From: Candidatus Dormiibacterota bacterium
Lineage (GTDB): Bacteria; Chloroflexota; Dormibacteria; CF-121
Direction of reading: 5' to 3'
Length of the DNA: 64,000 nucleotides
Assembly (NCBI GenBank): GCA_036390825.1
Contig: DASWBA010000067.1
Span: 582-64,581, forward strand
The notes under the pieces are model-generated. The model saw only the letters and a program-made list of their open reading frames with translations, was not told where the DNA came from and did no database searches. Shown piece after piece: positions 16,727 to 25,412 of this stretch; positions within the stretch are counted from its first letter, which is position 1, and every line of letters begins with the position of its first letter. Made by a program: the position numbers and the translations under genes.

Positions 16727-17998
16727 TTACCGGAGGAAGTCGACGCCCTCCTCCCGGTCTTTCCATGTCACGAAGTGCTGGGCCGGCTCGGTGCGGGCGA
16801 CGACCTTGCCACCGCGAATCACGAGCCGCCTGGGGGCCATCAGCCGGACGGCGTCGCTTTCGCTCGGCGCCTCGAACAGCACGAGGTCGGCTCGGCAACC
16901 AGGCTCCAATCCGTAGTCGGCCAGCCCGAGCGTCCGGGCGCCGTTGACCGTGATCATGTCGACCAGTGTCCGGATCTCCTCGTAGCCCGACATCTGGCCG
17001 TAATGAACCAGCACGAAGGCGGCCTGAAGCGGATCCGCTTTCCCGAGCGGATACCAGGGGTCCATCACCGAGTCGTGGCCCAGACAGACGTTGACCCCAG
17101 CAGCCAGCAGCTCCTTGACGCGGGTATGGCCTCGACGGATGGGGTAGTGGTCGAAGCGACCCTGCAGCGTGGCATTGTCGAGCGGGTTGGTGACCATGTG
17201 CAGGCCGGCGCGTTTGACGTTGACGATCAGCCGGCCCGCATAGGCGTTGTTGTAGGAGTGCATCGCCGTCGTGTGGCTGGCGGTCACGCGTCCCTGCATG
17301 TTGAGGCGGATGGTCTCGGCAGCCAGCACCTCGAGGAAGCGCGAGTGTTCGTCGTCGGTCTCGTCGCAGTGGACGTCGACCTGCTTGCCGAACTCGTGCG
17401 CGAGCGCCACCGCAAATTTCACCGACTGCTCGCCATACTCGCGGGTCAGCTCGAAGTGCGGGATCCCTCCCACGACGTCGGCGCCCAACTCCACCGCCTG
17501 TCGCATCAATTGCTCGCCATCGGGAAACGACTGGATGCCCTGCTGCGGAAAAGCCACCAGCTGGAGCGTGATCTGATCCGCGAATTCCTGCTTCAACTCC
17601 AGCAGCGCCCGCAGGGCCGTCAGCTTCGGATCGCAGACATCGACGTGACTGCGGACGAAGAGGACGCCGTTCGCGACCTGCCAGCGCAACACCCGCGAGA
17701 CGCGACGCTTGACGTCCTCGAGGGTCAGATCCTTGACGCGCTCGCCCCAGATCGCGATCCCCTCGAACAGTGACCCGCTGAGATTCTGGCGGGGCTGCCC
17801 CACGGTGAGCACGGCGTCGAGGTGGATGTGCGGTTCGACCAGCGCCGGCGTGAGCAGGTTGCCGCGGGCGTCGATCACCTGGCCGGCGGATGGCTGCGCG
17901 CCGGTGGGTGAAGCGACAATCCTGTCACCCTGGATGGCCACGCTCGCCAGGGCGGCCGCGCGAGGCAGGCGGGCGTTGGTGATCAGCAGATCGAGCAC
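16727..17998 (-). CDS. codA: Cytosine deaminase (amidohydrolase superfamily)
   Basis: EPHIHLD metal site, HVDVCDP, VDVHCDETDD, TASHTTAM, LGHDSVMDPWYPLG. These are colinear with CodA. Confidence 0.88.
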   Translation of the reverse strand: MLDLLITNARLPRAAALASVAIQGDRIVASPTGAQPSAGQVIDARGNLLTPALVEPHIHLDAVLTVGQPRQNLSGSLFEGIAIWGERVKDLTLEDVKRRVSRVLRWQVANGVLFVRSHVDVCDPKLTALRALLELKQEFADQITLQLVAFPQQGIQSFPDGEQLMRQAVELGADVVGGIPHFELTREYGEQSVKFAVALAHEFGKQVDVHCDETDDEHSRFLEVLAAETIRLNMQGRVTASHTTAMHSYNNAYAGRLIVNVKRAGLHMVTNPLDNATLQGRFDHYPIRRGHTRVKELLAAGVNVCLGHDSVMDPWYPLGKADPLQAAFVLVHYGQMSGYEEIRTLVDMITVNGARTLGLADYGLEPGCRADLVLFEAPSESDAVRLMAPRRLVIRGGKVVARTEPAQHFVTWKDREEGVDFLR

Positions 17999-18098
17999 CG
18001 TCGAAGTCTAAATCGTCGCGCTGGACAGAGCGTGGAGGACACCCTAAAATTCAGCCCGAAGCTGGCAACCGCGCAATCGTGGGGAATGGGGAGAGACT

Positions 18099-19565
18099 GT
18101 GGCCACAACCACTGACATCGACTCGCAGGTACCCGTTCGGGAGGGGGAATACGGCTCGAAAGTCGCCGCCGTCGAGCCGGGAGGCATCGAATACATCGCG
18201 GACCGTGAGCGGCACGGAAGTCCGATTCAGCTGTTCTGGACCTGGATGTCGCCGAATATGGAATTCGCTACCGTCTTCGTTGGCGTGCTTCCGATCGCGG
18301 TCTTCGGCGGCGGGTTCTGGCCGACCGTCTTTGGTGTCATTCTGGGGAGTCTGCTTGGCTCCATTACGCATGCCATCCTCTCGTCGATGGGCCCGCGCTT
18401 CGGCGTGCCCCAGATGGTCGAAGGCCGCGCTGCCTTCGGCTTCTTTGGGAACTTCCTGCCGGCCGGCCTCAGCTGGCTGACGGCAAGCTTCGGCTGGTTC
18501 ATCGTCAATAGCGTCAGCGGCACGTTTGCCCTCGTCACCCTAACGTCCGTACTGAGCAACAAAGGCACCGTCATCGATTTCCGGATCGCGTTCGTAATCG
18601 TCGTCGTCGCCCAGGTCATCGTCGCCTTCATCGGCCACAACATGATTCACTCGTTCGAGCGGATCATTTTCCCTTACCTCACGATCGTGTTCGGTCTGGC
18701 GACCATCGTTGTCCTGGCCCAATCGCACCCCGGGGTTGGATTCAATGCCAGTGCGCCGGTCGCCTTCGGCGGGCCGTCCGGGGCCTTCATCCTGGCGGTC
18801 TTCATCTCCTTCGGCTACGCCATCGGCTGGAATCCGTTCGCCTCCGACTACAGCCGCTATCTGCCACGCAACTCGAACTCCTTGAGGGTTGGCCTGGCGG
18901 CCGGGCTCGGTGTCTTCGTCTCCTGCGCTGTCCTGGAAATCGCCGGCGCCGCCGCTGCGACGATTTCGAAGTTGGGCGCCAACCCGACCGAGCAATTCAC
19001 CAATCCGCTTCCGACCTGGCTCCAGATCCTGGTCCTGCTCGGGATTGCGATCGGCGCCGTCGCGGCCAACGTTTTGAACATCTACTCCGGCTCGATGGCC
19101 TTCCTGACCCTGGGCATCAGGCTGCCGCTCGAGAAGCGGCGCGCGATTTCTGCCCTGGTCTTTGGGGCAATCGGCTTGGTCATCGGATTGGCGCTGCAGG
19201 CCAACGTGGGACCGGGAACGAAGTACGAGAACTTCCTGCTCCTCATCACCTACTGGATTACTCCGTGGTTGGCGGTGATCATCACCGACTTCGTGCTGCA
19301 TCGCGGCCAGTACCCGGAGCCGGTCTTCTACGACATGGGCTGGGCAAACTGGAAGGGCTTTGTCGCCATGCTGGCCGGGATTGTCGCGACGATTCCGTTC
19401 TGGGACCAGGGCGATCCCATCCCGCTGGGCATCGTGCCAAAGAATTACCCGCAGTTCGGCGACCTTAGCTTCTTTGCGGGCGCGATCGTGGCGACCGTCG
19501 TCTACCTCGTGCTCTACCAGGTGACCAAACAGTCATCCCAGGCGCCGGCACGAGCCAGAGTCTGA
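18099..19565 (+). CDS. Purine-cytosine permease (NCS1 family)
   Basis: Twelve TM helices. The N-terminus IEYIADRERHGSPIQLFWTWMSPNMEF is typical of CodB/FCY2-like permeases. Divergent from codA. Confidence 0.85.
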   Translation: MATTTDIDSQVPVREGEYGSKVAAVEPGGIEYIADRERHGSPIQLFWTWMSPNMEFATVFVGVLPIAVFGGGFWPTVFGVILGSLLGSITHAILSSMGPRFGVPQMVEGRAAFGFFGNFLPAGLSWLTASFGWFIVNSVSGTFALVTLTSVLSNKGTVIDFRIAFVIVVVAQVIVAFIGHNMIHSFERIIFPYLTIVFGLATIVVLAQSHPGVGFNASAPVAFGGPSGAFILAVFISFGYAIGWNPFASDYSRYLPRNSNSLRVGLAAGLGVFVSCAVLEIAGAAAATISKLGANPTEQFTNPLPTWLQILVLLGIAIGAVAANVLNIYSGSMAFLTLGIRLPLEKRRAISALVFGAIGLVIGLALQANVGPGTKYENFLLLITYWITPWLAVIITDFVLHRGQYPEPVFYDMGWANWKGFVAMLAGIVATIPFWDQGDPIPLGIVPKNYPQFGDLSFFAGAIVATVVYLVLYQVTKQSSQAPARARV

Positions 19566-19595
19566 CCTAAGAGGACGACCAGGAGCGGCTGAAGG

Positions 19596-20666
19596 CTAAA
19601 GCCGGACCGCGGTCCGAAGCAAGGCCTTCAGCCGGTCTGGCTGGCGGCGGTAGCGTTCCCACTCCGCCGGGACCTTGGTCGATTTCTCGAGGATCGCCCA
19701 GAGTACGGAGTTGACCGGCGTCGGCACGTCGACGCGACGGCCGGCGTCGACCACGGCGCCATTCAGGTAGGCCGCTTCCGTCCTCGACTTGCCCCGGCTG
19801 AGGTCCCACCACAAGGAGGGCATCTTGGTGCCCCGCGCGCCGCCCAACCGCGGCTCGAGCATCATCTGAGCCAGCAGCGATGGAAGACCCATCGCCCAGC
19901 GGAGCGTGGGCGCTGGTAGGCCGGGAAGGGCGACCACCTTGATGTGCATGCGGTCCATGACCGCAACCGCCTCGCGGAACGCGGCCCGCTCGTAGCGGAA
20001 GAGCTCGCTGTCGGCGAAGACGTGGCTTGGCGGCAAATCGAGGATCGCGCTCTGCGCGTTACCGAGGATGTTGAAAAGGAGTTTGGACCATTTCATCGCG
20101 CGAAAGTCCGTGTAGCGACGCGCCTTGAATCCGGCAGCTCCCAACTTGCGCACCAGCGGTGCGACATTGACCTCAGGCGAAACCGGTGCGAGCCCCACCC
20201 CGCCTCGGCGCGAATGCAGCTGGATAGTACCAGGCTCGTCGAGGCTGACCGGCACCATGAGACTGCCGGCCAGCAGCGCCTGTTCCGGTAGGGCGGCGGC
20301 GATCGTTTCTTCGTTGCCGACGCCGTTTTGAAAACTGCCGAGGATGGTGCCGGGGCGCAGCACGGGTTGCAGTTGCTCGATCGCGTCCATCGTGTCATAG
20401 CCCTTGACGGTGAGGAAGACGTAGTCGAAGGGGCCACCGGCCTCGGCGACGGTGGGTCGCGCCGCCCGCACCGATTGGTTGCTGACCTTTCCGGCCGTTA
20501 CCATTCGGACGCCATCGCGGGTAACCGCCTCGACGTGCGGCTGACGTCCCACCAGGGTGACCTCGCTGCCGGCCTGAGCGAGGCGCGCGCCCAGCAGTGA
20601 GCCGACCGCGCCCGCGCCGAAGAAGAGGAACCGCAAGGGCGGCGGGGCTGGGGGTCGTTCCGGCAT
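19596..20666 (-). CDS. panE: 2-dehydropantoate 2-reductase family (ketopantoate reductase/ApbA)
   Basis: FFGAGAVGSLLGARLAQAG Rossmann motif. C-terminal domain with KWSKLLFN ... TEAAYLNGAVV. Confidence 0.7.
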   Translation of the reverse strand: MPERPPAPPPLRFLFFGAGAVGSLLGARLAQAGSEVTLVGRQPHVEAVTRDGVRMVTAGKVSNQSVRAARPTVAEAGGPFDYVFLTVKGYDTMDAIEQLQPVLRPGTILGSFQNGVGNEETIAAALPEQALLAGSLMVPVSLDEPGTIQLHSRRGGVGLAPVSPEVNVAPLVRKLGAAGFKARRYTDFRAMKWSKLLFNILGNAQSAILDLPPSHVFADSELFRYERAAFREAVAVMDRMHIKVVALPGLPAPTLRWAMGLPSLLAQMMLEPRLGGARGTKMPSLWWDLSRGKSRTEAAYLNGAVVDAGRRVDVPTPVNSVLWAILEKSTKVPAEWERYRRQPDRLKALLRTAVRL

Positions 20667-21289
20667 CAGTGCGCCGTGATCTTCAGTTCTCTACCCGTGG
20701 CGAGCCGCTCGATGTTGATCCGGTGCCGGTAGAGGATCAAGGCCGCGAGCGCGATTCCGAGCACGACCACGGACCATCCCACCGGACGCCAGGCTTGCCA
20801 GCCGATGAGGTGGAGGACGATGAGACTGACGAAGCCGACCGCGACCGCGCTCAAGGAGGCGACCGAGGCCACTTTGGTGATGCGGATGACCAGGAACCAG
20901 GTCAGGCCGGCGAGTACGACGGCGACGGGGGCCAGCGCCAGCAGCACGCCGCCCGAGGTGGCGACTCCCTTGCCGCCGTGAAAGCCAAGGTACAGCGGCC
21001 AGGTATGGCCGGCGACGGCGGCCAGTCCGATCGCTCCCAGGGCGAGCTCGTTGCCGCCAACGCCAAACGCGATGCCCAACATGACCGGGATGAAGCCCTT
21101 GAGTCCGTCGGCAATGAGGGTAAGGGCGAAGGCCCCGGCACCGCCGGCGCGGAACACGTTGGCCGCGCCAATGTTGCCGCTGCCCAGCTTCCGCAGGTCC
21201 TGGTTTCGGTACACCTTCATCACCAGCCAGCCAGAAGGGACAGAGCCGAGTAAATAGCCGAAGGCCACTAGCAGCAGGACGTTCAGCAT
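20666..21289 (-). CDS. plsY: Glycerol-3-phosphate acyltransferase PlsY
   Basis: YLLGSVPSGWLV...GSGNIGAANVFRAGG...KGFIPV...GHTWPLYLGFHGGKGVAT. Confidence 0.92.
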   Translation of the reverse strand: MLNVLLLVAFGYLLGSVPSGWLVMKVYRNQDLRKLGSGNIGAANVFRAGGAGAFALTLIADGLKGFIPVMLGIAFGVGGNELALGAIGLAAVAGHTWPLYLGFHGGKGVATSGGVLLALAPVAVVLAGLTWFLVIRITKVASVASLSAVAVGFVSLIVLHLIGWQAWRPVGWSVVVLGIALAALILYRHRINIERLATGRELKITAH

Positions 21290-21353
21290 GGGGGTGTCCT
21301 CGAGACGCCTACATCATACCGCTGGATTTGCCGATCTCAGCGCACTTTCGGTA

Positions 21354-22520
21354 TCACATTCTGGGCAGTTCGAAGCGGAATTCGCTGCCGACCCCCGGCC
21401 GGCTGTCCACCAGCACCCGGCCGCCATGGGCCCGGGCGACCTCCTGAACGAGGTAGAGGCCGATCCCCATGCCAACCAGGTGACGGTTTTCCTCGGTTTC
21501 GATGCGGGCGAACCGCTTGAAGAGCAGCCCCTGCGCCTGCGGGTGGACACCGAACCCATCGTCGAGGACGCCAATGCTCCAGTCGGAGCCCGCCTCCACC
21601 AGGGTGACGTCGATCCGGCCGGTCGGGCCGGGACGGAAGCGGATCGCGTTGTCGAGCAGTTCTCGGATCGCCAGTTGCAGCCAGTACGGGTTGCCTCGAA
21701 CTGGCGCGGCCAGCACGTCGAGGCGCAAATCGATCGCCAGGTCGGGGAAACGCCGGCGCTGGTCTTTGATCATTGGCTCGACCAGCTCCACCAGATCGAC
21801 GGTCTCGGTCGCGATCGATGGTCCCAGTTCGTCGAAGCGGCCGACCAGGCTCATGTCCATGATCAGGCGGCTGAGCTGCCGGGTCTTCTCGAAGATCCGC
21901 AATCCGGCAAGCTTCTGGTGCTCGGGGCCGAGCCCGCCCTGGGCGAGCATCGACGAGTAGCCGAGGATCACACTCAGCGGGGTTCGCAACTCGTGCGCCG
22001 CGAGGTTCAGGAACTCGGTCTTGGCCGCATTCGCCTCGCGCAGTCGTATGACGTCCGTCTCGAGTGGAGCGGCCGGCTGCGCCACCAGCCCGGTGAGGAG
22101 GTACTCGATCGACGACTCCCCCTTGAGTGGCTCGATGAACCATTCCCAGGTCTGACCGTCGACCACGATGGTGCTGGCGACCGGCGTGCCGCTCGTCGCC
22201 ACCGCGCGGTAGGGCCTCGGGTCAGAGAGGGGATGGGCGGGCGGCAGCATAGCCGAAATCGTGAGCCCGGCGGCATCGGCCCGGTGCAAAAACCGGGCCA
22301 TCAACTGGTTGACCGCCAGTGCCCTTAGGTCCGCGGCGTGGACCACGGCGACTGGGATCGGCATCGCCTGGATCAGTTCGTTGGCGGGCATCGCAAACTG
22401 CTCCGAGAGCGCGGCTTCGAGCAGTTGCGCGAGCGCCTCAGACCGTCGGTCCAAGATCGGGCTCCCTCCAGAACGGCTGATAAACTGGTCGGCGGCCGTG
22501 CAAGACCCCGACAAGCTCAA
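21354..22520 (-). CDS. Cytoplasmic sensor histidine kinase (PAS-like, HisKA, HATPase_c)
   Basis: H-box FLNLAAHELRTPLSVI, N-box LLDNAIRF, G-boxes DDGFGV and GMGIGL. The TTG start is uncertain because it overlaps the divergent thioesterase start. Confidence 0.85.
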   Translation of the reverse strand: MSLSGSCTAADQFISRSGGSPILDRRSEALAQLLEAALSEQFAMPANELIQAMPIPVAVVHAADLRALAVNQLMARFLHRADAAGLTISAMLPPAHPLSDPRPYRAVATSGTPVASTIVVDGQTWEWFIEPLKGESSIEYLLTGLVAQPAAPLETDVIRLREANAAKTEFLNLAAHELRTPLSVILGYSSMLAQGGLGPEHQKLAGLRIFEKTRQLSRLIMDMSLVGRFDELGPSIATETVDLVELVEPMIKDQRRRFPDLAIDLRLDVLAAPVRGNPYWLQLAIRELLDNAIRFRPGPTGRIDVTLVEAGSDWSIGVLDDGFGVHPQAQGLLFKRFARIETEENRHLVGMGIGLYLVQEVARAHGGRVLVDSRPGVGSEFRFELPRM

Positions 22521-22971
22521 TGATGAAACAACATACCAGCGCTGCTTCGCCTGCGGCCATCACAACGAGCACGGACTCCAACTGACGTTTCATCGCGAGG
22601 GGGATCGCATCGTCGCCGAGTATCAGCCCGCGGAACGCTACCAGGGGTTTCCGGGCGTGCTCCACGGCGGCATTCTCGCCACCATGCTCGATGAGACCAT
22701 GGGACGCACCGGCGCCCTGCGGCGCGAATGGTTGATGACGGGCAAGCTCGACATCCGGTATCGTCGACCGGCGCCGCTGGATCAGAAATTACGGGTCTGG
22801 GGCGAGATTGCCCGCGAGCGGGATGGCGCCATCGACGCCATCGGCGCGGTGGAATTGATGGACGGCACGGTGCTGGCCGATGCCCGGGGCATGTTCGTGC
22901 GACTCCCGGAGGCGCTGGCCACGGCGACCGCCTCCGATTATCCGGAGTTCATCAACTACTGGCAAACGTAA
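22498..22971 (+). CDS. PaaI-family hotdog-fold thioesterase
   Basis: CFACGHHNEHGLQL...GVLHGGILATMLDETMG. GTG 22498 is the first in-frame start that does not run antisense through the kinase gene. Confidence 0.75.
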   Translation: MQDPDKLNDETTYQRCFACGHHNEHGLQLTFHREGDRIVAEYQPAERYQGFPGVLHGGILATMLDETMGRTGALRREWLMTGKLDIRYRRPAPLDQKLRVWGEIARERDGAIDAIGAVELMDGTVLADARGMFVRLPEALATATASDYPEFINYWQT

Positions 22972-22973
22972 GC

Positions 22974-24122
22974 GTGCCGCGCTCGCACCTCTTTGGGCCC
23001 GAGCATGAAGAGTTTCGGGGCACCGTCCGCCGATTTATCGATAAGGAGATTCGCCCTCACGTCGATGAGTGGGAGGAAGCGCAACAGTTTCCTCGAGAGC
23101 TGTTCAAGCGTTTTGCTGCGCTCGACCTGCTGGGTCTCAAGTATCCGGAGCAATACGGCGGCACCAACGCCGGCCTGATCTACGAGGCCATCCTCTTCGA
23201 GGAGCTCGCACGGTGCGGGTCGGGAGGAGTGGCAGCCGGCATCGGTGCCCACGTCGCGATTGCCACACCCCCGATCAATGACAACGGCACCGATGCACAG
23301 CGGCAGCGCTGGCTGGCGCCCGCGATCAAGGGAGAGAAGATCGTCGCCCTCGGCGTCACCGAGCCGTCGGGCGGCTCGGACATCGCCCATGTCCAATCGA
23401 TTGCGCGCCGCGACGGGGATACCTACATCGTCAACGGGACCAAGATGTTCATCACCAATGGGGTCACGGCGGACGTGGTCGTCATCCTCGTCCGGACCAG
23501 GCCGGAGGGCGGCCATCAGGGTCTGTCCGTGCTGGTGGTGGAGCGCGGAACGCCCGGCTATACCGTTGGGCGCAAGCTCAACAAACTCGGGTGGCGAGCA
23601 TCCGACACCGCGGAGCTGGTCTTCCAGGATTGCCAGGTTCCGGTCGAAAACCGGCTCGGCGAAGAGAACAACGGGTTCTACCTGGCGGTCGGGAATTTTC
23701 AGTGGGAGCGGCTGTGGATCGCGATTGGCGCGGTGGCGTCGGCCCAGCGAAGTCTCGAGCTAGCGGTCGAGTACGCGGCCAACCGTACGCAGTTCGGCAA
23801 GACGCTGACTTCGATGCAGGTGATCCGGCACGAGATCGCCGACATGGCGCTGCAAATCGAGCAGGCGCGCCAGCTGACCTACTACGCGCTGTGGCTCCAT
23901 TCGCAGAAGCTGCCCTGCACCAAGGAGGTCTCGATGGCGAAGATCGCGGCCACCGAGGCGGACGTCAGAGTCGCCGACCGAGCGCTCCAGATCCACGGCG
24001 GCTACGGCTACATGATGGAGTACCCGATTCAACGGGCATGGCGCGACGCGCGGCTCGGCCCGATCGGCGCCGGGACCAACGAAATCATGCGCGAGATCAT
24101 CGCCAAAGAGCTCGACCTCTAG
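22974..24122 (+). CDS. Acyl-CoA dehydrogenase
   Basis: ALGVTEPSGGSDIA, FITNG, QIHGGYGYMMEYPIQRAWRDARLGPIGAGTNEIM. The GTG start is 2 nt after the thioesterase stop. Confidence 0.9.
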   Translation: MPRSHLFGPEHEEFRGTVRRFIDKEIRPHVDEWEEAQQFPRELFKRFAALDLLGLKYPEQYGGTNAGLIYEAILFEELARCGSGGVAAGIGAHVAIATPPINDNGTDAQRQRWLAPAIKGEKIVALGVTEPSGGSDIAHVQSIARRDGDTYIVNGTKMFITNGVTADVVVILVRTRPEGGHQGLSVLVVERGTPGYTVGRKLNKLGWRASDTAELVFQDCQVPVENRLGEENNGFYLAVGNFQWERLWIAIGAVASAQRSLELAVEYAANRTQFGKTLTSMQVIRHEIADMALQIEQARQLTYYALWLHSQKLPCTKEVSMAKIAATEADVRVADRALQIHGGYGYMMEYPIQRAWRDARLGPIGAGTNEIMREIIAKELDL

Positions 24123-24237
24123 ATCGTTGCGCCTCCGGCCTGTAGGCCTTGGCGTGACGAGCAGGTGACGGCCCAGCTGCACTCCGGCGTCAACCGCTGG
24201 CTTGGCAAAGCGATCAAAGTCCGGCTGGGTTGCGCCT

Positions 24238-25410
24238 ATGGTGGACACGAGCCCGCGTCGTTGGATGCGGGTGGGGCGGTCCGCGGCGCGGGATGCCCGG
24301 GCGGCCGGCGAGGAAGCGGCCGGCCTGGCCCTGGGTAAGGACATGGCGAGTCTCCTGGTGGTCTTCTCCTCTGACGCCTACGACCTCGAGCAATTGGTCC
24401 GAACCATAAGCGAACGGTCGGGCGGCGCGCCGCTCATCGGATGCTCCACGGCGGGTGAAATCGGTGCCTCCGGCCCCGAAGATGCCAGCGTGGTGGTGAC
24501 GGCGTTAGGCGGCGAGGGCTTTTCGATCGCCACGGCGCTGGCGACCGGCGCCTCCGGGCGACTCCGTTTGGCGAGTGCCGAGGTCGCGGCCTCGGTCTCC
24601 CGGGTGGCCGACCGCCCGCATAAGGTCTTGATGCTCCTGAGCGATGGCCTGTCCGGCGACCAGCAGGAAGTCGTGCGGGGCGCTTACTCCGTGGTTGGCG
24701 CCGCCGTCCCCCTGGTTGGGGGTTGTGCCGGCGACGATCTCAAGATGAAACGAACGTACCAGTTCCACGGCACCCAGGTAGTGACCGATGCGGTCGTGGG
24801 GGCCGCGATCGGCTCGGATTCCCCGATGGGCATTGGCGTGCGCCACGGCTGGCGGCGGGTCGGCGAACCGATGCTGGTCACCGGCAGTGCCGACAACCGG
24901 GTCTTTACCCTTGACGACAAGCCGGCGCTCGACATTTACCTGGACCGGCTCCAAGCGCCATCTGGCGCTCGAACGGACGCCGGGGCTTTCACCCGGTTTG
25001 CGATCACGCACCCCCTGGGCCTCAGCCGGCGTAGCGGTGAGGAGGTGCGCTTCGTTGGTGAAGCGAACTTCGAGGATCGGTCACTCGTCTGCATCGCCGG
25101 CGTCCCCCAAGGTGGCCTGGCCTGGTTCATGGAGGGTGATGACTCGTCGGTGCTCGAGGCCACCGACGCGGCGTGCTCGGATGCACTCGCCTCCCTCGCT
25201 GGGCAGCGCCCGGTCGGGTTCCTCGCCTTCGACTGCATCGCCCGGCGCGGCGTCCTCGGCGACCAGGGGATCCGCCGCGAGGTCGAGCGCATCAGCCTTC
25301 ACGCGGGCGGAGCACCGATCGCTGGCTTCTATACCTACGGTGAGATCGCGCGAACCAATGGCGTCAGTGGTTTTCACAATCAGACGTTGGTCATCCTCGC
25401 CCTGAGCTGA
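24238..25410 (+). CDS. FIST (N+C) domain sensory protein
   Basis: LLVVFSSDAYD...LIGCSTAGEI...GGCAGDD...GFYTYGEI, typical of FIST_N/FIST_C. Confidence 0.8.
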   Translation: MVDTSPRRWMRVGRSAARDARAAGEEAAGLALGKDMASLLVVFSSDAYDLEQLVRTISERSGGAPLIGCSTAGEIGASGPEDASVVVTALGGEGFSIATALATGASGRLRLASAEVAASVSRVADRPHKVLMLLSDGLSGDQQEVVRGAYSVVGAAVPLVGGCAGDDLKMKRTYQFHGTQVVTDAVVGAAIGSDSPMGIGVRHGWRRVGEPMLVTGSADNRVFTLDDKPALDIYLDRLQAPSGARTDAGAFTRFAITHPLGLSRRSGEEVRFVGEANFEDRSLVCIAGVPQGGLAWFMEGDDSSVLEATDAACSDALASLAGQRPVGFLAFDCIARRGVLGDQGIRREVERISLHAGGAPIAGFYTYGEIARTNGVSGFHNQTLVILALS

Positions 25411-25412
25411 AG

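Noticed and set aside
18135-18150. G-rich strings (gggagggggaa at about 18140, gggagggagggag at about 48181, gaggagggggaag at about 46448) that might be additional REP copies.
   Set aside because: They lack the complementary CCCTCCCCC arm and the CCCCACCCTG tail, and all lie inside well-supported coding sequence.
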